The notes below the pieces were generated by a model that worked only from the letters and a program-made list of their open reading frames with translations, was not told the DNA's origin and did no database searches. A stretch of DNA of 64,000 nt from Antedon mediterranea (taxonomy: Eukaryota > Animalia > Echinodermata): the NCBI RefSeq assembly GCF_964355755.1, contig NC_092672.1, positions 22,085,237-22,149,236 of the forward strand, written 5' to 3'. How positions within the stretch are numbered: position 1 is the first letter of the stretch; every line of letters begins with the position of its first letter. Both the position numbers and the translations under genes were made by a program. This document shows positions 37,323-47,800 of this stretch, one piece after another.

Positions 37323-39158
37323 TCTCAGTTCAGCATTCGGTGTTAGAAAACTCGGGATCCATATTAACCAGAGGGTATATGTCTAATCGAAAGTGTACAA
37401 GGAAAATCATGCATATATCTTTATGAAACGAATTAATGGTAATGTTTAAATTAGAACAATCAATAGTTATTATATTGTAACGATTTCTAACTATACCATA
37501 GGTAAATTAAATTAAGTGTCATGGTTCGTACATTCCATGACGCTAGACAAAGTTTAATGTAATTTGTGTCTATGTATTCGTTGGTAAGCAATTGCGGTCT
37601 ACTTGTCAAGTTTGCAGGCTCAATCTCTAACCACCCAATCAGAGAAAGCAGACGATGACGGATCAGAACCTAAATGGCCAAAAGCTGCTCAGCTTAAGGC
37701 AGGCGGTAACTAATAACTGGGATTAAATAACCCCCCTCCTCCACCCTACCGTCAGAAGTAGCCTAATCCGTAGCGTCCACATTTCACGCCAATACAATCT
37801 AGACTTATAACTCGTAACTATTACTTCTCGATTTGTTTTCATCCTCAGATGCCAGAGTTTTCTTCTCCGGTGTGTGTGTGTGTGTTTGCCTGTGTGATGT
37901 TAAGGATCCATGGGTTACCCAAGCGTCACGAATCCTCTCTCTGCCTTCCCTGCGAATTCCAAAAAAGACCGATGCTATACATTTGGTACAGGGTTGGTTG
38001 CAGCATCGATTTGCTATCATTAGTTGACTTCAATAGAAGGATGATGCGATCCTGTTTCAGTTTTCTGTTGCGGTTAACTCCCTTAGCTTTTAGCTTTACC
38101 TAACCTAATCCACAAGGCAGTGGGTGCTAATGACCCATAGGTGTGCATTTTTACTCATATGTGGGCTTATTTTACCCATAGGAAGGCTTATTTGCCCATA
38201 CAGTAGGTGGGACAGGAATTGATATAAGGCCAGGGCGTGTCTACACTCCGGTGGGCCAGATACCTTCTATCGGGTTCCTATTCTTCTGTAGCCCTCTCCA
38301 CATCAGTTTCACTAGTCGCAATAGTAGCTGCTTACAGCGGGTTCCGTACCGACGAGAAGGTTGTGAAATAGGACTTGTAAAAAGAAAGGATATAAATTCC
38401 CAATAGACTGTAATATATCCGCCATATACCAGTACAGGAGAGTAACCGGATAAAAAATGGTTGTAGTAGAATAAATGTGAAATAATGAGAAAAATGAAAG
38501 AGACTGATGGGAACCACAGGCTAGGCCTCGTAACGCATCATTAGACTTCACCCACCTTCATCCAACAAAAAAACATAACTGAACTTGAAAATTGTCAACT
38601 TTCTTAACAAAAAATATGACGAAACAGTTTTTAAAGTCCAAGATTTCTTAACCTTTTTTTTACGGTTACGTTGGTGGTTAATGGAGTTTGTTACGCACGT
38701 TGGTTGTTGATTTTTGTTACGTCAGAGGTTAATGTTACATTGGTAGTAGATTGTTACATTAGTGGGTGTTTGTATACATGCGTCCGCATGAACCGCATTA
38801 GTTTTACCCTCACCAAGTTCTTTTCTGTTTTGTGAAAATGATGAGAATGTAAATGATTACATATTATGTCGCCATAGGTTATAATATATACATTGTTCAT
38901 TTATTCATTCTGATTAAAATATCCATATAAAGATGCATACAGTACAGAAAACAAACAAAAAACATCCATTCTGAAAGTATCATAATACTAATGCAGCAGT
39001 ACTAGGCCTGGCCCACACTTTGAATGAAGAATAGATTAATTTTTTTTACCTATGGTATAGTTAGAAATCGTTTACAATATTCTTCTTTCCCTTTTCAGGG
39101 AATTTATTGGTTCAAAGTATATTGGCCTTTGGCCCTAATACAAACAAATAAAAATTAA

Positions 39159-42100
39159 CTATAACTTAAGATAATGGTTTCTTCTTTCAAAAGCAAAGTA
39201 GACGTATTTTCCTAAATTATAAGTAAAATTTGTGTTGGAAAGTAATATTAATAACTTATTAATAGAAGGAAAAACACGAATAAATCTTGGAATAAAACTT
39301 TTTCTTAAATCATTGTAAAATGTGCATTGCAAAATAAAATGATATTCATCCTCAACAATGTTCTTTTTACATAATTTACACGTTCTCTTATATCTTTCTA
39401 CACCCTCCCATCTGCCCTTTTCAATTTCTAGCTCTAATATCCCTAAACGTAACTTAGTTAATAATCTTCTTTGTTTAAAATTAATGATGTTGGTCAAGTG
39501 ATAACTTAAACATATTTCTTTTTTATAAAGAGAAAAGAGCCTTAACTTATTATGTAAACTATATTTTTGAATGCATTTTTGTTTTTCAATATCACATAAG
39601 CGCAACTTAAATTCTCTCAAAAATAAACCTTTACTATTAACATATTGTTGTAACCATATATAACCAAAACCAGTAGAAAAGAGTAAGTGTTTGACCTGTT
39701 GTGCCCAACAATTCTCATTACGGTTAACTTTTCTAAGTTGAAACTCATAACACTTAAAAATGAATCTGTCATGATCTAAAGTAATAATATGTAACCAAAA
39801 TCTTATAACTGTAACTAAACAATCCAAAGAAAGTGGTAATCTACCTAACTCAGAAGTAACAGCGGCATTTGGTGCATTTTTTCCAACTTGCAATAAATAT
39901 CTACAAAATTTAGTATGTGTTTTTTCTATAATGTTTGTGCTATCTGACATTCCCCAGATTTCGCTTCCATACGTTAAAATAGGAAGTATTTTCACATCAA
40001 AAATATGGTTCCATGTATTAATTGGAAGAAAAGATAAGTTACGATAAATGAATGATTTTAAGCAGAATAAACTTTGATTTGCTTTTTGTTGATTATGTTG
40101 CATTGAGTTGTTCCATGCACCATTTGAACTAAAAATAACACCAAGATAATTATACGAATTAACAATTTTTAATTGAATATTTTTATACTTCCATTTTTCA
40201 ATGTTCCTTAAATTGCGGCCATTTTTAAAAACCATAATTTTGGATTTTGTAGTGTTTACAGTAAGTTTCCAAGTATCACAATAAAGTTCAAGTTTATTTA
40301 TTAATTTTTGGAGACCTTTCACCGTATCACTAACAAGCACTAAGTCATCTGCATAAAGAAGATGATTCATATGACAATCTCCAATTTGAATAAAATCGTT
40401 TACCTGATTAAGTATACCACTCAAATCATTAATGTAAATATTAAAGAGTAAAGACGACAACGGAGAACCTTGTTGTACTCCAATCGAACAATTAAAAGAT
40501 GGACTAAGTTTGTTGCCAATTTTAACATGAGCAGATAAGTTTTGGTATAAGGAATTTATTATGTGTAACATTCTGCCTGAAACACCGATACATTTCAACT
40601 TATGTAGTAAAAGTGTATGATTTATAGAGTCAAAGGCACGTTTAAGATCAACAAAACAAACAAAAATCCTACCCCGCTTTTTATCTAAGTATTTAGAGAT
40701 GAGGGTATCTAAAATGAATATATTATCTGTCGTTCTATATCCCTTACGAAAGCCTGCTTGTTCCTCATGAATTAACTTTTTACTATTTGTAAATTGTGTT
40801 AACCTAGAATTAAGAATATTTAAAAATATTTTTCCTAGGATTGGAATTAAAGAAATACCTCTATAATTTTCAGGTTTGTTTTTATCTCCATTTTTAAAAA
40901 TTGGAACGATTAAGCTTGTTGCCCATTGTTTGGGAAATTTTTCAACTAAAAATATGGCGTTAAAAAGAATTTTTAAAATATCAAAAATAATGTTGGGGGC
41001 GTTTAGCAAAAATTCAAAATTCATTCCATCAATGCCGGGAGCTTTTCCACTATTTTGAGAATTAAATGCTTTTTTTATTTCATCCACCGTTATGTCGTGG
41101 TCTAAATTATCATCGTCTTCATTCTGTTGGCATTCTGTGATTTTTGGCAACTCAGCGCTACCAATAGACTCATCGTTTTTAAATAGGTTCTTAAAATGAA
41201 TATAACATTGATTAATAGAAAGTTCGCAAGATAATTTCTGTTTTGTCTTCAACTTCATCCAAAACGTTTTGCTATCCTTTGTATTGAGTGAATCGATAAT
41301 TTGTTTGCGTATTCTTTTATGAAAGTTATTTTTTTTGCATTTTAATAGCGATTTATATTGCTTTTTTATCTGAATATAATTATTTAAAAAAGGTTGAGTG
41401 CGCATAATTCTAAATCTCTTTAATGATTGTTTAACCTGCATTTTAAGGTTCTTACAATCTTTATCAAACCATTCGTTTCGTTTTGTAGAAGTTGAAGACT
41501 TACTTGTTTGTGTATACTTAATTCCTTTACATACGTATTCAAAAATTTTACATAAATGTGAAACTGCCTCATCAATTTTATTTTGAGAGATAGCATTCAT
41601 AAAATCATTATCAATAGTTTCAATGATATCATGTTCCCATCTGACTTTGGATGCATTAATGTAACTGTTGGACCATTTGAACGTACTCTGGGTAAACGTG
41701 TCATCTTCATTGACAATCATTTTGGTGTGTTCTTTGTCTTTGAATTGAATACTAAAGGCAATTGGCATATGATCCGATTCAACACGGTCATCAATTCTTA
41801 AATAAGATATTAGTTTAAAGTTGTTTGAGTTAGTAAGAAGGTAATCACATACACTTTTACCTTGTGAACTGATAAATGTAAAACCACTGGATGATTCTTT
41901 ATCAATTCTACCATTTGTGATTCGCATACCAGTTTCTTTGCAAAATTCTAATATATCTTTACCGTAGCAATTTAGTATACAATCAGAATTCGTTCTACTT
42001 TCAATCCGGATGTTGTCTTCCAGAAATAGATTATTGTTCCATGTGTCATTTTCGTCAGCAGATATGTAATCGTCCTCCGAACCAGTTCTACCATTAAAGT

Positions 42101-42590
42101 CGCCAACTACATATACTATGTCTGATATTTGGGAGCTGTAATGCAAATATTCGTTAGATAAAATGTCAAAAAAGTCAGTTGTCGCGTAACTGGATGTACT
42201 TGGTGGTCTATACAAAAAACCGATTACAACAGTGTCGGTTGGGGATAGAGTAATCCTTAACCAAATAATGTTATTCGATGCACTTGGCAGTTCTTCAACG
42301 ACGAGATTTAATTTATAATATACCATTACGCCTCCACTATTTCTTCCATGTCGACTTGTTTTATCTGGTAATTTTGATATGCAAGTAAAACCTTCAACAT
42401 TGTAATCGTTCCGATATTTATCCCATGTTTCACTAAAACAAATTATGTCAAATTTGTTAACATACTCAATAAAGTCAGAATCAGCGAATTTGTTATTAAT
42501 ACCGTTAATATTCCAAGAAATACAATCAATGTGTTTAGTGACTTTCAAAGATGGTTCAGATTGTTCTTCATTAGGACCACGGCCAAAACC
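39159..42590 (-). CDS. LINE ORF2: APE endonuclease, reverse transcriptase and C-terminal CCHC-like domain
   Basis: Open for 1143 codons directly after the ORF1 stop. SWNING, SETW, GDFNGR, DY, SDHMP (APE); KAPGIDG, NYRGISL, EQAGFR, FVDLKRAFDS, GVQQGSPLS, LLYADD (RT); CKLC...EDEYHFILQC. Confidence 0.95.
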   Translation of the reverse strand, partial: GFGRGPNEEQSEPSLKVTKHIDCISWNINGINNKFADSDFIEYVNKFDIICFSETWDKYRNDYNVEGFTCISKLPDKTSRHGRNSGGVMVYYKLNLVVEELPSASNNIIWLRITLSPTDTVVIGFLYRPPSTSSYATTDFFDILSNEYLHYSSQISDIVYVVGDFNGRTGSEDDYISADENDTWNNNLFLEDNIRIESRTNSDCILNCYGKDILEFCKETGMRITNGRIDKESSSGFTFISSQGKSVCDYLLTNSNNFKLISYLRIDDRVESDHMPIAFSIQFKDKEHTKMIVNEDDTFTQSTFKWSNSYINASKVRWEHDIIETIDNDFMNAISQNKIDEAVSHLCKIFEYVCKGIKYTQTSKSSTSTKRNEWFDKDCKNLKMQVKQSLKRFRIMRTQPFLNNYIQIKKQYKSLLKCKKNNFHKRIRKQIIDSLNTKDSKTFWMKLKTKQKLSCELSINQCYIHFKNLFKNDESIGSAELPKITECQQNEDDDNLDHDITVDEIKKAFNSQNSGKAPGIDGMNFEFLLNAPNIIFDILKILFNAIFLVEKFPKQWATSLIVPIFKNGDKNKPENYRGISLIPILGKIFLNILNSRLTQFTNSKKLIHEEQAGFRKGYRTTDNIFILDTLISKYLDKKRGRIFVCFVDLKRAFDSINHTLLLHKLKCIGVSGRMLHIINSLYQNLSAHVKIGNKLSPSFNCSIGVQQGSPLSSLLFNIYINDLSGILNQVNDFIQIGDCHMNHLLYADDLVLVSDTVKGLQKLINKLELYCDTWKLTVNTTKSKIMVFKNGRNLRNIEKWKYKNIQLKIVNSYNYLGVIFSSNGAWNNSMQHNQQKANQSLFCLKSFIYRNLSFLPINTWNHIFDVKILPILTYGSEIWGMSDSTNIIEKTHTKFCRYLLQVGKNAPNAAVTSELGRLPLSLDCLVTVIRFWLHIITLDHDRFIFKCYEFQLRKVNRNENCWAQQVKHLLFSTGFGYIWLQQYVNSKGLFLREFKLRLCDIEKQKCIQKYSLHNKLRLFSLYKKEICLSYHLTNIINFKQRRLLTKLRLGILELEIEKGRWEGVERYKRTCKLCKKNIVEDEYHFILQCTFYNDLRKSFIPRFIRVFPSINKLLILLSNTNFTYNLGKYVYFAFERRNHYLKL

Positions 42591-43433
42591 CTATTTTGTG
42601 AGGTTTATGATTTTGTTGTCTTCTACGTTGAATGTATATACTTCGTCGCCTATAAACAGCTTATCATATCTGAGCCGAAAACGATCGTTGTTTTTGATTG
42701 CTTGTTGTATCCTTGGTTGTAGGCCTTTTCTAATTTTACGGACTCTGAAAGTATAATCTTCACCCATGTTAATTTTTGATTTATTTCCAGTCATTTTCCT
42801 TTTGAGTGCTCTATTTTTGGACATTATTTCATCTTTTTGTTTGTAGCTAGTAAGTTTTGCTATGATTGGTCGTGGGTTACTTTTGCTGTGCAATCTATGC
42901 GCTCTCTCGAAAGCGACCTCTTCGATTTCTAAATTTGTTGTTATATAATCCTTTACCTTTCGTTCGCAGTCAAGCCACGTTTCATTTCTATCATCTTCAG
43001 GGATATCATAAATAATGATGTTATTACGACGACTTTCAGCTTCTAGTTTATCTAGTTGTGTAGTTATAACTTTGTTTGTGTTTTTTAGTCTTATATTTTC
43101 TTCTTCCAAATCAGTTATTTTTTTAGTTAGCCTGTCAAATCCTTTCGACATATCTCCTTTAATTGTAGCGAAATCAGAAGCTATCCTATCCATTTTATCG
43201 TTTAAAACTGTATTCATATCGTTAAGTTGTTTCAAAACATCTTTCAATGAAGGTTCCATTCCCATTGATTCTTTAATTGTTGTTTGTCTGGTTTCTATAG
43301 GACCCGGATTTGTTTCTATATCGCCGGCTATAATAAGTAGCTTGAATGCAATTGGTACGAGAACAATGGTATTTATAATTATACTGACAATCATTTTATA
43401 GTAGTCTTGGGTATTCCAATTGTTAATAGCCAT
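42591..43433 (-). CDS. LINE ORF1: hydrophobic leader, 2A-like motif, coiled coil and RRM-like domain
   Basis: LLIIAGDIETNPGP at aa 32-45; heptad coiled coil; RRNNIIIYDIPE, RAHRL, PRPIIAK, EDYT motifs typical of L1-type ORF1p. Confidence 0.9.
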   Translation of the reverse strand: MAINNWNTQDYYKMIVSIIINTIVLVPIAFKLLIIAGDIETNPGPIETRQTTIKESMGMEPSLKDVLKQLNDMNTVLNDKMDRIASDFATIKGDMSKGFDRLTKKITDLEEENIRLKNTNKVITTQLDKLEAESRRNNIIIYDIPEDDRNETWLDCERKVKDYITTNLEIEEVAFERAHRLHSKSNPRPIIAKLTSYKQKDEIMSKNRALKRKMTGNKSKINMGEDYTFRVRKIRKGLQPRIQQAIKNNDRFRLRYDKLFIGDEVYTFNVEDNKIINLTK

Positions 43434-44240
43434 CTGCTATAGACCATTCACTATTTTATGAAACATTCCTCAGTAAAATGGGGGTTTTGTCCATAAATAA
43501 ATACACACAAATTCAACTGTGTAAATCAATGGTGATTATTAATGGGTAATCCGTTCTAGATTATACTAAATAGACAGTGGTATGTTTAAGTTGTGCCGTT
43601 ATGAGCTTACCCTCAGCGGGAAATATGAGTTGTTCAGCTTGGCGTGTTTTAATCGCTGGTTTAGCTTGGCTAGCGATAGCTTACTTTCCTCGGCAAAGTG
43701 TTGGTATATAGTCCATGTAAACGCACAAATAAATTCAACTGTGTAAAGTAATGATGATTATTGATAGGTAATCCGTACGAAATTGATCCAAGAAAAAAAA
43801 AAGTCAGAGTCTAGGCTTAAGGTGTGCCGCTGTGATTTGATCTGCAGCGGGAAATATGAAGTATGTTCAGCTTGGTGTGTTACAGTTAGTTGAAACGCCG
43901 GTTTGGCTAGTATGGCTAGTATAATAACTATTGATTGTTCTAATTAAAACATTACCATTAATTCGTTTCTTTAAAATATATGCATGATTTTCCTTGTATA
44001 CTTAGGAACTTTCGATTAGACATATACCCTCTGGTTAATATAGATCCCGAGTTTCCGAATTCTAGAAAATGGAAACAATCTCAGAAAATCTGAGTATTCT
44101 TAATTAAATCTAGAAAAACACAGATGTTGGCCTATGATTTTTCTAGATGAATCTAGAAACTCATATATATCCGAGATCTGAGATATATATCCAAGATCTG
44201 AGTTTATAGACACCCTTCTTAGGTTATAAATAAAGATTAA

Positions 44241-44524
44241 CCCTTTGAAGACGCGAGGTTTCTACCCCAAGTCACTGAGGCTAAAATAAGGTATTTTTAA
44301 TAGGTTTAGGAAAAATGCAAAATACATTTTTAACTGTAACTTTCTGCAACTACTTTACTTTCTGCCTTCTGAAAAATGTCATTTTTTTACCTAGGTCAAA
44401 GTCAAATGCTCAAAAATTGCAATTTCAGTGACCCCCAAAAGTCAACCCGTACATATACGATCGAGCCTCGCGTCCTGGGAGAGTAAATTACCCCGTGTGG
44501 GAAACGGATCACGTCTTCAAAGGG
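44241..44524. mobile_element. piggyBac-like MITE
   Basis: TTAA|ccctttgaagacg ... cgtcttcaaaggg|TTAA. Confidence 0.85.
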
Positions 44525-44887
44525 TTAAATAAGGATATAACCTCTAGTCAATGGAAAAAAATAACATTAACGATTTAGTTCTTTGGAAGGAGACGCCTGT
44601 TTAGTTCATGTTTCATCATGAAATTAGAATTTAGCCTGTGGCTAACGAGACAGAATAGGCCTATAGGCCTAATTCAAATAATTATTTTATATACAAATGA
44701 AGCAAAGTTAGTACCGTATACCAAAACATTTAATAATTCTAGAATATCAAATGGCCATCTTCAAAAAGTTCTACATTTGTCTGTGGCATACCATTCTGAA
44801 GATTATCAATTTCGTCTTCTCCAATGAAGTCCCCTATGTCTTCCTCTCTGCTGTAATAATCGCATGTAGAGACTGGAATAAACTCCG

Positions 44888-47800
44888 TTAAACCAGCGTG
44901 TGCGTTGACTCTTTTACACGTAGAACCTCATCTAATTTCCAGTAAGGATCTGTAACGTTCTCTCGTTCACATTTTTCTGACTTCTGAGGTTTATCCGAGG
45001 AAACTGACTTCATTGGCGTGTAAGGATTTGAGTCCTGCTTATTTCTTGTGCTTTCCACGAGTAATGGAGACAATTGCAGTGCATCATCATCACCTGTTTG
45101 TTGCAGGCGGAAGTATGCCGTGCTTTCCTCTTTAACTGCCATTTTGTCAATGGTAACTGGTGATGAGTTTATAAAACCACTTTTCGTAACTGGTGAAACT
45201 TGGTCGATAGACGGTACAACCATGTAAATGTTTTTCCCTTCTATCTGAGAATCAGGACTAAACTCTTGAAATCCTTGATCAGAACTTGTTGAACTGCGGT
45301 ACGATGTAGGTAAGTCCGACTTCTTCGTCTTCAAATCATCAAAAACTTCCTTTTCTACTGATCGTGGACGAACGGGGCTAATTTCCTAAATAAAAGAGAT
45401 ATCTTTATTAAACATGTTATTTCACGTCTGTTAGGACAAATACAGTGAATGCGTGGTTCTAAACAACATTTCATTACCACGCAAAGTGGATTGAATTTCG
45501 TGAAATACACACCTACATCATTTAGCTAGAGGACCCTAATATTATTTTTAATGAAAGGATCTACACGGGTTTTCCTTATTAAAGATGACAAATAAATAAT
45601 AAATCATCTAGGCTGCCTAGCCCTTAAAGATGTATTGTCCCCCAAAAACCTGAAAAATGAAGATTAATTAAATCAGAATTTGGATAGGTTATAATAAAGT
45701 TTATCACTTCCATAGAAAAACAACGAAAAAAAAATGTTTTTACTTACAAAATGACAAAATAAATGGTTAAATTTAACCAAAACCCACTGGCTGGCAGCCA
45801 ATATGACTAGTTTATTTTAAATTACTGATTTTTCAGGTAAATACATTTTTTTTCGGTCCAATTTTTAGTCAAAAAGATAACTATTATGTGACATTAAAAT
45901 GGCATATTCAACAAAAAAAGGATGTATTGTCTTTAACTTGAAAGCAATAAAGACATGATATTTACCACTTTGAAGAATTTTGGGTCAGGCCATTCAATGA
46001 AAATTCGCTTACGTATATACGCATTAAAAGCTCCAAAAAACAGCATAACAAATAAGATAATAATTCCCACCACAAGAAACGGAATGATAAATTCATCTGA
46101 AAGTACAACATATCATGAATTGTTGCAAATTTTCTGAAAACATGAACATTGTAAAAGAAAAACAAGAGAAACAATCATTTTTTTCTCTATATGGATTATG
46201 AACAATATACGATCACATCTAAAACAATAGAGGCACTTCTTTAATTTGATCACACAAATGCACCCAAAATATTATTCAAGCAGGTAGTAAAATTACGCTA
46301 TTTTCAGATTAACGTATGGCTATTGGTAAATTTGCCATGAGAAGATATTATATGCAATAGTGAAGCTATTTCTAAGCATTCAGTAGTAGAGAAACAACAA
46401 CAAGTAGGCCTAACATTGTCGCAATTAAACTCGACATGTGTGCTATTCTAAAGTGTAATAATTGTTAATAGGCTTATTCACATACCAGGCTCATCTTGCA
46501 CTGCAACTGTATTAAGAGTTACAGGTTGTCTCTCGGTCACCAAACCTAAAAAAAAATGAAATTGGTAAATATGAGGCTCTAATGTCTATCTCTAGTTATA
46601 CATTATGTGATGAAGTAAAATAGATTATGTAAATTTGTTAACATTAAAGTAAAGTAAGTGTTGAGCACTTTTCACATACTAGGCTCATCTTGCACTGCAA
46701 CTGTAGGCCTATTCAGAGTCACGGTTCTCTCGGTCACCAAACCTAAAAAAAAAATGAAATTGGTAAATATGAGGCTCTAATATCTATCTCTAGTTATACA
46801 TTATGTCATGAAGTAAAATAGATTATGTAAATTTGTCAATATTAAAGTAAAGTAAGTGTTGAGCACTTTTCACATACTAGGCTCATCTTGCACTGCAACT
46901 GTAGGCCTATTCAGAGTCACGGTTCTCTCGGTCACCAAACCTAAAAAAAAATGAAATTGGTAAATATGAGGCTCTAATATCTATCTCTAGTTATACATTA
47001 TGTCATGAAGTAAAATAGAATATGTAAATTTGTCAATATTAAAGTAAAGTAAGTGTTGAGCACTTTTTCAGAATATTACCGTAGCTTTTGAGAAGAAGCC
47101 AAATGATTTCTTAACTTTACTCAATGATACAGAAAGTTGGTGCATACTTTTGGTTCTGATTTAACCATTATAATGAAATTCTTATTTATTATTAGTTATA
47201 TAAGTATTAATTGACGATGAAAACAAAGTTTACCCCGAATATGGGTGTTTTCCAAATACATGCACAAGCGAACCCTCTAGGTATCATAAAGAGACATAGG
47301 CCAACATACCTTGTTTCAAGCATTTGAACTCATATAATATCCTTGTTGGAGGACCTTCAACTTCGACTTCAAACGTGTCTACCTGAACACTCCTTAGCTC
47401 TAGATTATAGACAATGGTGTTCTCTGTGATGTTGTTGCACGGCACATTTATGTCAATCTTATTCAATGTTAATTCTTCCTCAACAATTTCATTTAGTGAT
47501 TGTCCAGTATAGTTTCCCGTAATGCGGTAAAAATACTGAGTTTCTTCATTTGGTGTTTCCCATTGTAGTGACAAGACGTTTTCTGACGATGTTACGTTCA
47601 CGTCTATGATCATAGAAACTACAAAAACAAATTTAAAAAAGAAAATGTTCTAGTCACGTACTGATATATATTGATCGAGAAGGTAAACTGTTATTTTTAT
47701 ATACATTATGAGGATTTTGATATTTAATTTCATTTGGTCATTATTAATGCAGATCTGATTAGTGAGCACATAATGACAACTCTATTTTGCAGCTGTCACT

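Larger units (their letters stand above)
39081..43919 (-). mobile_element. Full-length, apparently young non-LTR retrotransposon (RTEX/Proto2-like LINE)
   Basis: 5' UTR with an internal ~220-bp duplication, ORF1, intact ORF2, short 3' UTR with ggccaaaggcc hairpin, AATAAA and a GAA-rich tail. Ends are defined because the element splits a repeat whose intact inverted copy lies at 37348-37506. Clade assignment is from recalled motifs only. Confidence 0.9.

Noticed and set aside
42545-42575. TAATG overlapping stop-start motif between LINE ORF1 and ORF2
   Set aside because: The TAA is not in the ORF1 frame, and the ATG opens only an 8-codon ORF out of frame with ORF2.
40876-43401. Plus-strand ORFs overlapping the LINE
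   Set aside because: Antisense shadows of the long minus-strand ORFs with no recognisable motifs.
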